Assembly: GCA_963809485.1 (NCBI GenBank)
Contig: CAWEJX010000017.1
Span: forward strand, 1-64,000
DNA from: an uncultured Acidobacteriota bacterium
GTDB lineage: Bacteria; Acidobacteriota; UBA6911
DNA length: 64,000 nt
Direction: 5' to 3'
Position 1 is the stretch's first letter. Each line of letters starts with the position of its first letter. The translations under genes and the position numbers were made by a program. The notes beneath the pieces were generated by a model, which was not told the origin of the DNA, did no database searches, and worked only from the letters and a program-made list of their open reading frames with translations. Positions 40,901 through 51,043 of the stretch are shown piece after piece.

Positions 40901-41311
40901 CGGCTGCGGGCATACAGGCAGGTGGAAAACACTTACCTGTCCACATTCCAGTCGCTCGGCGCGCTCGGCCTCATTCTGGGGACGATAGGGCTTGCGGCCG
41001 TTCTCCTGAGAAATGTGCTCGAGCGCCGGCAGGAACTGGCTCTCCTGCGCGCCGTAGGATACCGCCAGAAGATTTTGTCCGGCATCGTACTTTCCGAACA
41101 CCTTGTCCTATTGATCTGGGGGCTGGTTTCCGGAGCAGTCTGCGCAATGCTGGCCGTCGCGCCGGCCCTGTACGCACGGGGCTCCTCTTTCCCCTTCCTG
41201 GCTTCTGCCATGACCCTATTGCTGGTATTGACCGTGGGAGCGGTTTCCTCGATACTTGCAGCGATTGCCGCCTTCCGCTCCCCGCTCCTGTCTGCCCTGC
41301 GCAGCGAGTGA
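37943..41311 (+). CDS. Large FtsX/MacB-type ABC permease (1122 aa)
   Basis: Two permease repeats (EQRVREIGILRAAG, ERRQELALLRAVG) with large periplasmic domains; ends ALRSE. Confidence 0.92.
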   Translation: MKLKQLLFRNLFYYWRTNLAVVAGVATAAAVLSGALLAGQSVRESLRRLLFERIGATGYVVTTNDFFGENLAAALAAPGGSCPIIYLKGVLTLEKSGIQAYDVNVYGIDERFWRFQGTEGPALAESRGGYIGSSLARYLDAAPGDAMLLRIETKQAIPREWLYGQRDAVGKTMRLDCAGIIPANRLGEFSLRPTQGNVYSIFVPSKLLQRELEQPSRINTILLGAQAQKEGPASVSNTLKSALSLQDLGLTLRPAPAGDAFSLESNRIILDDALAEEALKAASHLGMDASPVYTYLVNSIRAKDREIPYSIISAVDLGKGAMASIHALKRADSQRVPADSGNPIWLTDWAQRDLGITEGEPLEIDYYFWLDEGNLVTRTARFRLAGVVPIAGPVDTALAPEIPGITLTDSIHSWNPPFPMDLSRIRTRDEDYWDRYRATPKAFIPLAKGQELWANRFGKLTGIRVSVPGGENLESARKRIAQALLDGLDADKAGFRINAVRDLGLTASQGSTDFGEYFAYFSSFLIAAAILLSALFFRLMTEQRVREIGILRAAGYSIKMLRRILFTEGVILSLAGIVIGLLGSIAYGWFMVYGLRTFWTGAVGTQRLYLHISWAYLAIGAFAGLAFSLGTIAWTLRDLWRNSPRMLLTGVVESSALRTRRARFSGIVSVISLLAAAILIAGSFWKKIPQIEAFFGAGFLLLISILCLTALYLRGNRSRLLRGNGWTAFFRFGMRNAMHRPARSLLCASLIASATFLIISMEAFRRDLQQISLEPKSGTGGYPLVAETQIPVVYDPNSKEGMEALGLDTLDASDKESLKFVSFRERPGDDASCLNLYAPREPRILGAPRSFLSAGRFVFQDSLAATPEQKRNPWLLLDSPADGGAIPAIADANTIQYILHLSVGSELTVPGAKGNPVRLRLVASLSDSIFQGELLISEANFMRAFPDYEGYRFFLLDAPESAAESLTQPLKQALAYWGIRLESSRDRLRAYRQVENTYLSTFQSLGALGLILGTIGLAAVLLRNVLERRQELALLRAVGYRQKILSGIVLSEHLVLLIWGLVSGAVCAMLAVAPALYARGSSFPFLASAMTLLLVLTVGAVSSILAAIAAFRSPLLSALRSE

Positions 41312-41364
41312 TAGAGCAAAAGGGACAGTCCAAATTGAAGGAGAGGGTGAACGGAAAAACCAGT

Positions 41365-43588
41365 ATGGCTACTGCAAACAAATTCAATCAATCCCTTCGG
41401 ATCGCGCAATTTCTGTTCGCATTGGTATGTTTGGCGCTCATTCCAGGCTTTATCCATGCCCAGGACCCGGGAAATAACGAAGATCAATCATCAACAGCAA
41501 TAAGCGATAAGAAGACCCTTACAGTGGAGCCTCTATCAATCACGATAACGGTTGTTGCACGAAAAGAAGCTGAACCGGCTATGTCCATTCCCTTGAGCGT
41601 CACCGCGGTGACCCAGGGCACGCTCAATGATGCGGACATTCAAGCCGTCAAGCAGGCCGCCATATATGCGCCCAACACTTTCATAAATGAATTCACAGCC
41701 CGGGCCGTGAGCAATCCATTTTTCCGCGGCATCGGGGGCAGCCCGGCTAATCCGGGAGTAAGCACGTTCATTGACGGCGTTCCACAACTCAACGGCTCTT
41801 CATCCAATATCGAAATGATCGATGTCGGCCAGGTTGAATTTGTGCGCGGGCCCGAAGGAGCCCTATACGGGCGCAATACCGCGGGCGGATTGATCAACAT
41901 CCGCAGCCGTCCGTCGTCGGAGCAATGGAATGCCCAGGCAGACGGGGCTTTCGGAAATTACAGCTACCGTGACCTGCGCGCCTCCGTTTCCAGCCCTCTA
42001 CTCAAGGAGCGCTTCAGCCTGAACCTGGCCGGCGGCTATTCCGGGCGGGACGGCTATACCGACAATGATCTCACCGGTCATGACCTTGACAGTCGAGCTG
42101 CGGGTTTCGGCAAAGGTCAGCTGTTTTTTAAAATAAACGACCAGTGGAAAATCCGCTGGATTGTATCGGGTGAACGCGATCGGGACGGCGACTATGCGCT
42201 GGGCGACCTGCAATATATCCGCGAAAATCCAAACCATGTAAGCCGTGATTTTGAAGGTTACACGCATCGCGGTGTGGGTTCCACGACCCTTGTCGTGGAT
42301 TATCGCCGGCGCCACAATAGATTTTTCATCAATCTCGGGCGGCGTCTGGTGGAAGACTCACAGTCTTACGGATCTCGACTATCAAACGGCAGCCTTGGCA
42401 AACGGCGGACTGTACGCTATCCGGGATAGCACGGAGCAGCAGCATCAGCTGACCCAGGAATTCCGCTTCGCCTCCGCCAGGGACAAGGCAGTCCGTTTGG
42501 GCACCGCACTGGATCTAAGCTGGCAGGCAGGAGTCTTCATTTTTGGACAGGATTACGGGCAAGACGCGTCGAACGACATTTCCAGCACCTTCGGTTTTTT
42601 CCCGAGGATGCTGACTACATCCGCTACCGACCTGGATGATCAGGGCATCGGCATTTACGGCCAGGCCAGGTTCACTGCCTGGAAGAAACTGGATATCGCA
42701 GCCGGTCTGCGCTTCGACTATGAAGACAAGGACGCAAACCTGGTAAATGCCATGGGATTCACAACCAGGCTTAGTGACAGCTATTCCGAAGCATCTCCTC
42801 AGTTCAGCGCAGCGTATCGGTACGCGCCGGATCAAATGGCCTATGCCTCCATTTCCCGCGGATACAAGGCCGGAGGATTCAATCCCGCACCGACAGGCGT
42901 TCCCGCTCCGGCCAGGACGGAATCGTATGACGCCGAGCATACCTGGAACTATGAACTGGGTCACAAGGCCAGGTGGCTGGGGAACAAGCTCGAATCGACC
43001 GTGGCGCTTTTTTATATAAACTGGCAAAACCTGCAGCTGAATCAGCAGATCCCCTACAGCGGCGGACAGTATTATATCGGCAACGCCGGCGCCGCCTACA
43101 GCAAAGGTATCGAGGTTGAAACAAGGTACCATCCGTTTTATTGGTGGGAGCTTTTCGGTATGGCCGGATATACCGATGCCAAATTTCTCAGCGGCAGCAG
43201 CGCGTATAACGCAAACCTTGGGGCCAATGAGCCGGTCGGCGGCAATGATCTTCCCTATACGCCCACCTACAATGCGAATATGGGCACCCAGATTTCATGG
43301 GCCCCAGCCCGTGATGCAAGGTTGTATTTGCGGCTGCAGGTCACGATGTACGGCGACCTCCAGTTCGATGCATCCAATGCGGTGGGTCAGGCAGGTTACA
43401 GCCTGACAAGCTTTCGGGGAGGCGTACGCGGCAAGCGTTGGTTTGCCGAAGGCTGGGTGGACAACGCATGGAACACGCACTATGTGCCCATCGCCATCCC
43501 TTACGCTCAACTGGGAGCACCGTCAGGATACATAGGCGAAATCGGAGCCCCGCGCACCTACGGAGTCCGCGCCGGTATAATTTTTTAG
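41365..43588 (+). CDS. TonB-dependent receptor, one frameshift near 42305
   Basis: TonB-box-like ITITVVARK, plug motif VEFVRGPEGALYGRNTAGG, RGYKAGGFN and C-terminal Phe; split over ORFs 41308-42429 and 42245-43588. Confidence 0.9.
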
Positions 43589-43604
43589 CTTTTGTTCCAA
43601 CAGA

Positions 43605-43699
43605 TGTTGGCGTTTGTCAGCGTGCTGCTCAGCGTCTGTCAGCGTCCAATAATTCTGAAACGGTCAAACTCTCTGAGTCCCGCAATAGGGCTGCGGATT
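43605..43699 (-). repeat. Small dispersed element with 10-mer tail, copy 2 (inverted)
   Basis: Reverse complement of copy 1, plus about 4 TGTCAGCGT-type units. Confidence 0.7.
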
Positions 43700-43776
43700 T
43701 GCCTATTTCGAACCTTTTTTGTTTATTTCCTTTTCAATAGGCATTCAGGCAAGCCGCGAGTTGCCGGTTCTTCCTT

Positions 43777-45219
43777 TTACGCTTCGAAATCTGATGACCG
43801 TTTCACCGGCTTTTTCTTTTTGACGTCCGCGGGTTTCTCCAGGTATTTCAGAATTCCGGCCGGCACACCGGCGCCGGCGCCCTGACGGGGACGAAGCCAA
43901 TGCAGCCAGATTACGAGCAACCCAGCTGAAAGCAGTAGAATAATTCCGCCACGGTCATAGACAAAGCGTCGGCCGGATACCGCCTTTGCCTGTCGGTCGA
44001 GTTCCGGCTGCAGGGCTTTTTGGACTTCGGCGTCGTTTACGGCCTTCTCTTTCAGAGCTTCCACCAACGCCGTCTCAGCCGGCGTGACGCTCCTGGCATG
44101 AAGATAGGTCCCGAGCAGCCATCCGGACGATGCCAGGACTATGAGAGTGGCTAGGATGCCCGTCCAGGTGCGAGCCACGGCTTCCCAGCGGCGGGGGACT
44201 GCCTGTACCGGAGCGGCCTTGCGCGGCCCAGCTCTGAGGGCCACCCACCTCTTGTGGCGTGGGCAGGCATCATAGCAGCGCGTGCAGGCAAGGCACAATC
44301 CGCGGTCCGCGCGCAGATCATGAATGGCTCCGTAAGGGCACGCATCTGCGCACATGCCGCAGTTCAGCTCCTTGTCGGGCGTGATGCTGACATTTTTCCA
44401 GGAAACTCGCGAAAGGATCGAGAGGATTCCGCCATAGGGGCACAGCCAGCGGCAGTAAGGGCGTCCAATGAACATTCCCGCCAAAACAAAAGCGGCCCCG
44501 ATCGCGACCATATGAAAAGGGCCCGACCGTCGGAAAATCGGGATAAACGGGTCATAATCGCAAATGAGAAACCGCTGCCCGATATTTATGTTCCATGCGC
44601 CGAGCTGCATCTGAAGAGCCCATCCCGCAAAGAAGACCGCCAGCGCGAGATAGACATACTGAAGCGATCGCAGCGCCTTGTCGAGCTTGACAGGCACCCT
44701 GAGCGGCCTCAGGAGCACGATATCCTGAAGCGCTCCCAGCGGGCAAACGCCGCTGCAGAAAACGCGGCCGAAAAAGAGCGCAAACACCAGCGGCAGGAAA
44801 AATATGGCGATGACGTTTATGGAAATGCTGTAATGCGGATCGACAAGGCAGAGCACAACATTCTGTATGGCGCCGACAGAGCAGATGCACCCTTTGCGGA
44901 AAAAGCCAAAATAGGCAACGGCGGCAATGCTGAGGATTATGGTGCCTTTGCGGCTGCGTCTTTTGAAAACCAGCCAGGCGGCCACCCCCAGGGCCAGCGC
45001 GAGCAATCCTACATCCAGGATGCGGAGCCAGTCGGGACTCGGCTCCGGGTGGACGGGCGTCGGGAAACTATGGGTTCCGCCAAAATCCGGCGGCGATTTC
45101 TGGTATTGAGCCAGAACAATCCCTGGCGCCATGCCGGCAGCCGCGAGATAAACACAGAGGCGGCGATACCATGATCGGAACATGTGAAGTTTGTGTGTGC
45201 CCGAGTTTGATTTATGCAT
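43777..45219 (-). CDS. Membrane 4Fe-4S binding protein (NapH/NosR-RdxA type)
   Basis: GRVFCSGVCPLGALQD, RPYCRWLCPYG, CGMCADACP and CLACTRCYDACP, with TM helices. Confidence 0.88.
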   Translation of the reverse strand: MHKSNSGTHKLHMFRSWYRRLCVYLAAAGMAPGIVLAQYQKSPPDFGGTHSFPTPVHPEPSPDWLRILDVGLLALALGVAAWLVFKRRSRKGTIILSIAAVAYFGFFRKGCICSVGAIQNVVLCLVDPHYSISINVIAIFFLPLVFALFFGRVFCSGVCPLGALQDIVLLRPLRVPVKLDKALRSLQYVYLALAVFFAGWALQMQLGAWNINIGQRFLICDYDPFIPIFRRSGPFHMVAIGAAFVLAGMFIGRPYCRWLCPYGGILSILSRVSWKNVSITPDKELNCGMCADACPYGAIHDLRADRGLCLACTRCYDACPRHKRWVALRAGPRKAAPVQAVPRRWEAVARTWTGILATLIVLASSGWLLGTYLHARSVTPAETALVEALKEKAVNDAEVQKALQPELDRQAKAVSGRRFVYDRGGIILLLSAGLLVIWLHWLRPRQGAGAGVPAGILKYLEKPADVKKKKPVKRSSDFEA

Positions 45220-45222
45220 TCT

Positions 45223-45819
45223 TCAGCTGGATTCCTGCGACTCGGCGTGTTCCGCGGCCGGAGAAAGTCCCGGCGTCGCGACCCGGACGATTGCATCTTC
45301 CGGGCAGACTGGCTGGATAGCGCAGGCATCGCATTCGAAGCATTGACTATAGCGGATTTCCAATCGGAGGGCACCGTTGCCCGCCGGAGGCTTGCAGGCT
45401 TTTACGCATTTGCCGCATCCGTCGCACAGGGACTCGTCGATCGTATACTCATAATAATTGTTGTTCGGATCCTCTTCGTCGATTTTGCCGACCACCTGCC
45501 TCTTGAGCGCGTCCCGTGGACAGACTTTCCCGGTCGGAAGCCCCATTTCATCGGGCTGGCTCGTTACATCATAATAGGCCGGGCAGAGCTGGCAGTATCC
45601 GCACTTGGGAAAGTCGTTAACCGCTCTAACAGCGGAATGGGCCAGAACACAGGAAGTGCGGCACAGGTCACAGGCCACACACTTCGAGGGATCGACCTGG
45701 AATACTGTGTTGCTTGCCGCCCGCTTCGTCAGGACCGCCGCAGCTCCCCCGATGCCGGCCAGACCAACGATGCGCAGCGACCGGTCCATAAACTGCCGCC
45801 GGCTGGATTTATCGCTCAT
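45223..45819 (-). CDS. Polyferredoxin with twin-arginine-like leader
   Basis: SRRQFM leader; CVACDLCRTSC, CGYCQLCP, CDGCGKCVKAC and CFECDAC..CP; ATGA overlap with the upstream gene. Confidence 0.88.
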   Translation of the reverse strand: MSDKSSRRQFMDRSLRIVGLAGIGGAAAVLTKRAASNTVFQVDPSKCVACDLCRTSCVLAHSAVRAVNDFPKCGYCQLCPAYYDVTSQPDEMGLPTGKVCPRDALKRQVVGKIDEEDPNNNYYEYTIDESLCDGCGKCVKACKPPAGNGALRLEIRYSQCFECDACAIQPVCPEDAIVRVATPGLSPAAEHAESQESS

Positions 45820-46901
45820 GCAGGCTCCCTGCCCCCTTGTTCCGGCCTTGCCGAAAACACTTTGATCTCCAGCCGCAGCGGATCCGCGACCAGGATGCGT
45901 CCTTTGGAATCTACAGCCAGATGAAGATGGGTGCATCTCGGATCGAAATGCTCCGGCCCGATTACGGCCAGCAGCGGACCTCCGGCGGCATACACCTTGA
46001 CCCGTGCGGCCACCTTTTCCGCGGTAACAATCTTCCCATCGGGTGTTACCGCAAGATTAACCGGATTGCAGCATCCCACAAAATCTTCCGGATTCCTTAG
46101 CCCGAATTTTCCAAAATGCCCTAAGGGCTCCCCCTTCAAATTCCAGGCGGAAATCCTGTGACGCCCCGGATCGGCCGCGCGAATCATTCCCCCGGCATCG
46201 ACACCCATGTCCAGGAAACGGTTGGGAAGCATAAAGCTTCGAGTCTTGCCATGAGCACCGATCGCGCCAAGCTGCTTCCCCTCCCGGTCGTAGCGGCGGA
46301 TAATGCGGGCCGCCGCGTCTGCTATCAGAATTTCCTTCCCGCATATTTTAACAGCGGTTATTTCGGCGGGCCGCCCGCTTTCCCCGGCCGCGAATTCTCC
46401 CAGGCGATTTCCATCACGGCTGCAAATGTGAACTCGTCCGGGAGAGCCCAAGACAACATTCCCCTCCGCAGAAACCGTCAGGCATGCCGATTGATCGGGC
46501 GCCTTCCAGCTTCCTTCCGGATGGCCGCCGCGACTGAAGATTCTCACTTCTCCGTCGCCCAGGGCAAAAATGCTATCCCTGTCGCCGGTCGCAATCCCAA
46601 GGAGCGAACGGCGAAATGGACGGGTTGAAGACAATCCGCCCGGACCGGTGACTTCGGAATATTCCAGCTCGAAACGGGCTGGGATCGATACGGCAGAACG
46701 GGAAGGCACAGCCTCAACCTGCACCAGCACGGGATCAGGCTTGCGTTCGGCTCGCAGTTCCGCCTGCGGATTCAGGGCTGCCGCCACAAAGGACGAAAAA
46801 GCACCTAACAGGGCCGCCGGCGGCGACTGGGACGCCCGGGCACGCCGCGTCGATTCCACCTTTTTCCGCCTATTTTCTTTGAGATCCGATGAGTTGCCCA
46901 C
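45816..46901 (-). CDS. NHL-like beta-propeller protein with GCCNP motif
   Basis: Propeller-type repeats, DPGRHRI and FVGCCNPVNLAV. Confidence 0.75.
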   Translation of the reverse strand: MGNSSDLKENRRKKVESTRRARASQSPPAALLGAFSSFVAAALNPQAELRAERKPDPVLVQVEAVPSRSAVSIPARFELEYSEVTGPGGLSSTRPFRRSLLGIATGDRDSIFALGDGEVRIFSRGGHPEGSWKAPDQSACLTVSAEGNVVLGSPGRVHICSRDGNRLGEFAAGESGRPAEITAVKICGKEILIADAAARIIRRYDREGKQLGAIGAHGKTRSFMLPNRFLDMGVDAGGMIRAADPGRHRISAWNLKGEPLGHFGKFGLRNPEDFVGCCNPVNLAVTPDGKIVTAEKVAARVKVYAAGGPLLAVIGPEHFDPRCTHLHLAVDSKGRILVADPLRLEIKVFSARPEQGGREPA

Positions 46902-48181
46902 TATTTTTTCCCGCTTCCGGCCTGGCCTACCTGGAGGCAGACCATCTGGCTCATGTCCCGAATTATCAGCTTTCCGTTCGAGAGAGCTATCGGCCCCCAG
47001 ACGTCTTCGCCCTTCAGGATCTGTGCCGATGCGAGCTCTTTATATTCTTTCGTGTTCGCTTCTATCAACCGCAGCATGCCGGTTTTGCCGTCCAGGACAA
47101 AAAACATTCCGTCTGCAAGCAGGAACGCTCCGAGGTCAAAGGTCCTTGAAGCCCCGGCATCGCCCGAGACAACCGGGCTTTGCCATACAATTTTTCCGTC
47201 AAGCCCGAGGCAGCTGAACCTTCCCCGGGTTTTGCTGCTCACGGAAAAAAGATGATTTTGAAAGAGGATGGGAGTTTGGGCTTCGGAGCTGAATTGCGTG
47301 CTGGTCAGGTCGTAAAGTTTCCGGGCTGAAAAGCCTGAAGCGCCCTTTTCAACCTGATACATCTTGCTCCCGGCTTCATACCCGCTCGTTACAAAAATCC
47401 TGCCATCCCCGATGGCGACTGGAGACGGAACGGCAACAATTCTCGCGGAGAACGGAATGCTCCAAAGAAGCTGCCCGTCGGCAGCCGCGATCCCCGACAG
47501 GTTCTTCATCGACAGGTACAGATACTGTTTGACTCCCCCAATGGTTGTCGGCATCAGGGAGGAATGCGACATTAATTCCTTGGCCGGATTCGATGTGCGC
47601 CAGATTTCCTTCCCGGTTGCCTGATCAAAGGCAACTGCCAGCGCATCTCCGCCTGTCGCCAGGATCACGCGGTCTCCGTCCAGGAGCGGATTCTGGCCCG
47701 CATACCACCCCGGAATTGTGGCCTTATATTCCTGCACCAGGTTCTTCTGCCAGACGAGCTTGCCCGTTTTGGAATCCAGGGCGTGGAAGCGGCACTTGGG
47801 GTCCATCGAGAATATCAATTTCTGGCCGACTGAAGGAACCGTGCGGGTAATCCCGTGATTGGGGCGGACTTCGACAGGGTAAGTCCAGCTCCAGACGTCC
47901 TTTCCGGTCGCCAGCGAGATGCAGCGCACCAGGTGTTCTTTTTTCGCCGCGTCGTAGTCATTGACATAGACCAGGCCATCCTTTATGGCCGCGCCGGCAT
48001 ACCCCTCGCATACCGGGGTCTTCCAAAGAACTTTCGGTCCCTGCGCCGGCCAGCTGCGGAGCAGGCCCGTCTCCGGGGATATGTTGTTCCGTTCAGGGCC
48101 GCGGAACTGCGGCCAATCCCCGCCACGCAGAGGAATCGTATTCAGGGCCAGCAAAACCAAGAACAAAAGACGAAAGAACAT
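46901..48181 (-). CDS. PQQ-like beta-propeller protein
   Basis: DWPQFRGP, ALDSKTGKLVW and AFDQATGKEIW. Confidence 0.9.
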   Translation of the reverse strand: MFFRLLFLVLLALNTIPLRGGDWPQFRGPERNNISPETGLLRSWPAQGPKVLWKTPVCEGYAGAAIKDGLVYVNDYDAAKKEHLVRCISLATGKDVWSWTYPVEVRPNHGITRTVPSVGQKLIFSMDPKCRFHALDSKTGKLVWQKNLVQEYKATIPGWYAGQNPLLDGDRVILATGGDALAVAFDQATGKEIWRTSNPAKELMSHSSLMPTTIGGVKQYLYLSMKNLSGIAAADGQLLWSIPFSARIVAVPSPVAIGDGRIFVTSGYEAGSKMYQVEKGASGFSARKLYDLTSTQFSSEAQTPILFQNHLFSVSSKTRGRFSCLGLDGKIVWQSPVVSGDAGASRTFDLGAFLLADGMFFVLDGKTGMLRLIEANTKEYKELASAQILKGEDVWGPIALSNGKLIIRDMSQMVCLQVGQAGSGKK

Positions 48182-48359
48182 GGTTGGTATTCCTTTTTGA
48201 AAATCCAAGCCTTAATACATCTAAACCGATGCAGATTAATTATATTAGTGTGCGCGAATCCTGTCCAAGCAAAAGCGGTGCCATGTAGGCACAGTTCCAG
48301 ACCCTTGTCCCCAAAAGCCTGTAACGCCGACAAACGCCGAAAATATATACATTTTGGGA

Positions 48360-48845
48360 TTAGCAAACATCGCCGAGGAGGGCATCCCAGTCAAGGCCGG
48401 CAAAGGTGGCATGAAGGGAGTGATCGTCGTCCACGCAATGGAATTCGTGGTTTATAAAAAGCCATCCGGCAATTTTCCGCACCACGGCCAGGGGCACCAC
48501 ATCATCCCGAATTCCGTGCACGATAAATACTGGCATGTTCAGCTTCTTCTTCAGATAAGGCGTATACGGCTCCAGGTGCAGGGCTGGAGCGAGCAGAATG
48601 AGCTTTTTCACTCGCTCCTCGTGAAGGCTGGCGTAGACAGCGGCCATAAGCCCCCCGTAGCTGGAGCCGACGAGGATGATGTCGTTCTTGCCCGCTAAAA
48701 TGGCCTCGAGTTTTTCCATCCGCTGCTGAAGGGGTCCCTCGAAGTCATCGAGGATCATGCCCGGATAATGCTCACGGAAGTAAGCTCCCTTGGTTCCCTG
48801 ACTTGAACTCTCCAGTCCGTGAATAAACATGCATGTGGGCTTCAT
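48360..48845 (-). CDS. Alpha/beta hydrolase (YqiA-like esterase)
   Basis: FIHGLES, GSSYG nucleophile elbow, HGIRDDVV and DDDH. Confidence 0.88.
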   Translation of the reverse strand: MKPTCMFIHGLESSSQGTKGAYFREHYPGMILDDFEGPLQQRMEKLEAILAGKNDIILVGSSYGGLMAAVYASLHEERVKKLILLAPALHLEPYTPYLKKKLNMPVFIVHGIRDDVVPLAVVRKIAGWLFINHEFHCVDDDHSLHATFAGLDWDALLGDVC

Positions 48846-48939
48846 CACACCTCCGCCCTGATGCCGGGCCTGCTGGAAAGGTACCACAAAACGATTGGGG
48901 CCGGGTGCTCTGCTGGAATCAATCGTGCAGTTTTGCCGG

Positions 48940-50328
48940 TTATTTGCCCTGGTCGGGCATCCGGATGGTGATTGGGAACTCCACGCCTCTTCTCAGGACC
49001 CGGAGCTCCATTTGCGCGCCCCAGTCGCGTGTCTGCAAATGAGAGGCAAAACTGGGGACATCCCTGATTGGCTGCCCGTCCATCGCAACGATCAGGTCGC
49101 CCACCAGGACTCCCGCCAGATCCGCCGGCATCCGTTTCGCCACATCGACCACGAGAAGCCCGCTTTGTTTTGGAATCTGCAGAGCGTCGGCGAGTTCAGG
49201 CGTCAGAACTAGGGTGTCGAGGCCGACCATCGGTTGCGGGATGATGCGCTTAGTCCCGGAAACCAATCCGACAGCCTGGGGATTGAAGCTTCCGGACAAA
49301 TTAAACGCGAGCCTTCCCCGAGCCGGCCGGGGCCTGCGGCTTTCAATCAACGCGCCGAGCTTCATCGGGCTTCCCTGCCGGACAATTTCCAGTTCGGCCA
49401 GGGATCCGATCGGCGTGTACTGGACGAGCTGAATGAATTGGCGGGCGTCCCTTATTTCCTGGCCGTTATACTTGAACAGGATATCCTCCGACAAAAGGCC
49501 GGCTTTGGCTGCCGGGCTATCCGGTTCAACAGCCTGAATCCAGAGTCCGGAAGGGCCCGCGGACTGCGAATCCGCCAGAAAAACTCCCAGCCACCCGGTG
49601 CGAATATCTCCACCTTCCTTGAGAATCCTTTGCGCGGAAGCCAGGAGATTCGATATTGGGTACACTACGGTTCGGAATCCCATGGCGTCCTGGCTGGCGA
49701 CAAACCCCAGAATGCGGTGATCAGCCGTGAGAACGGGCAGGCCAATCTCAGGAAACGGGCGGTTCATTTTTACCGTCCAGCTTCCCTGGGCGGGGATCCC
49801 ATTGGCGCTTCCGACCGAGAGTATTTGCGCTTCATGAAACTGCGACAGGCCCTTGCGACCGATGACCGGGGCCATTACCGTGACGCCGTCTTTGATTTCA
49901 CAGTCCGTGCATAGGGGCGTCTTTTTAAGCTTGCCGCCCAGCGACTGCACTACGGCTACCCCGCTGAGCTGGTCGATGCCTATCATCTTCCCGGGCCACT
50001 TCTGCCCCTCGCCGGCAGTGATCTCGATGCGGGAATTCTTACTCGGGATATCGACCCAGTGATAGCCCAGGAAGGTCATGATACGGCCTTTGCCGTCAAG
50101 AACGATTCCCGTGGAGGAAAAAACCTGGATAAGGATGGGACTGTAATCGACGACCGTTTTCCCGTTGATCTCGACCGTGTCCTTAACGCCGGAAGTTTCG
50201 GTGATGATATTCACGCGAACCAGGGCGAGTTCCTGATCCGAAGCCTGGAAAAAACCGATCGCGGAGGCTTCACCCCCCAACAGAAGGCACAGGATCAGAA
50301 ATCGTATTATAGGAATTGAGCGGATCAT
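48940..50328 (-). CDS. HtrA/DegQ-like protein with two PDZ domains and degenerate protease site
   Basis: GWLGV, VEPDSPAAKAGL and PADLAGVLVGD PDZ motifs; trypsin-like scaffold lacking TNxH and GNSGG. Confidence 0.8.
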   Translation of the reverse strand: MIRSIPIIRFLILCLLLGGEASAIGFFQASDQELALVRVNIITETSGVKDTVEINGKTVVDYSPILIQVFSSTGIVLDGKGRIMTFLGYHWVDIPSKNSRIEITAGEGQKWPGKMIGIDQLSGVAVVQSLGGKLKKTPLCTDCEIKDGVTVMAPVIGRKGLSQFHEAQILSVGSANGIPAQGSWTVKMNRPFPEIGLPVLTADHRILGFVASQDAMGFRTVVYPISNLLASAQRILKEGGDIRTGWLGVFLADSQSAGPSGLWIQAVEPDSPAAKAGLLSEDILFKYNGQEIRDARQFIQLVQYTPIGSLAELEIVRQGSPMKLGALIESRRPRPARGRLAFNLSGSFNPQAVGLVSGTKRIIPQPMVGLDTLVLTPELADALQIPKQSGLLVVDVAKRMPADLAGVLVGDLIVAMDGQPIRDVPSFASHLQTRDWGAQMELRVLRRGVEFPITIRMPDQGK

Positions 50329-50350
50329 GGTTGCACAAGCCACGGCCAAT

Positions 50351-51043
50351 CTAATGGCTGACGTTCCGGATAAAATATTCTTCGGACGCCTGTCCATACT
50401 GCATCCGGATTCTTTTGGGCAACCGGATCGTCACGGGGCGGTTGTCCGGTCCGGTCACTTGGTATTCCAAATATTCCGTTTCGGTACTTTCCAGGTCCGG
50501 CATATGCGCTCTTTTCAGCGGCCGCGGAGTTTCAAGGGATGCTGACACTCTGGCAATTTCTTTTGTCTCCGCAGGCTCGATGGTGTTCTGGACAGGCTCC
50601 GTTACGGCAGATTTTGGAGTCTCTGCCGGAGCTGTCCGGCTGGAAGCAACGGAAGGCACCGGCCCCGGGCCGGGAACCATCCGATGATACAAAGGAATCG
50701 CTGCTATCCCTATGATGGCAACGCTCGATGCCGCTACGGCCAACTTCTGCCAGGAGGGCCACTCGATCCCGTAAATCAAGAATCTTCGTATCCAGGAAAA
50801 TCCGCTCCGGGTTTTGCGTCTCGCTATTTTATCGAGGACGGAAGCTTCAAAGTTTTCCGGGGCCTTGACACGCCGGAGCTCAAGAGCCATGTGGCTGAGC
50901 TTTTGGGCGCCGGCCAGTTCTTTACCGCAACGGATGCACTGCAGGGCGTGGCGCTCCATGCCGAAACGGCCGGAAAAATCCAGTCCGCCCTCAAGATAAT
51001 CCTCCAAATTCCTATGAAATGTCCGGCAGTCCATAGTCTTCAA
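50351..51043 (-). CDS. Anti-sigma factor (zf-HC2)
   Basis: C..HALQCIRC zinc motif, one TM helix, directly downstream of the ECF sigma. Confidence 0.85.
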   Translation of the reverse strand: MKTMDCRTFHRNLEDYLEGGLDFSGRFGMERHALQCIRCGKELAGAQKLSHMALELRRVKAPENFEASVLDKIARRKTRSGFSWIRRFLIYGIEWPSWQKLAVAASSVAIIGIAAIPLYHRMVPGPGPVPSVASSRTAPAETPKSAVTEPVQNTIEPAETKEIARVSASLETPRPLKRAHMPDLESTETEYLEYQVTGPDNRPVTIRLPKRIRMQYGQASEEYFIRNVSH

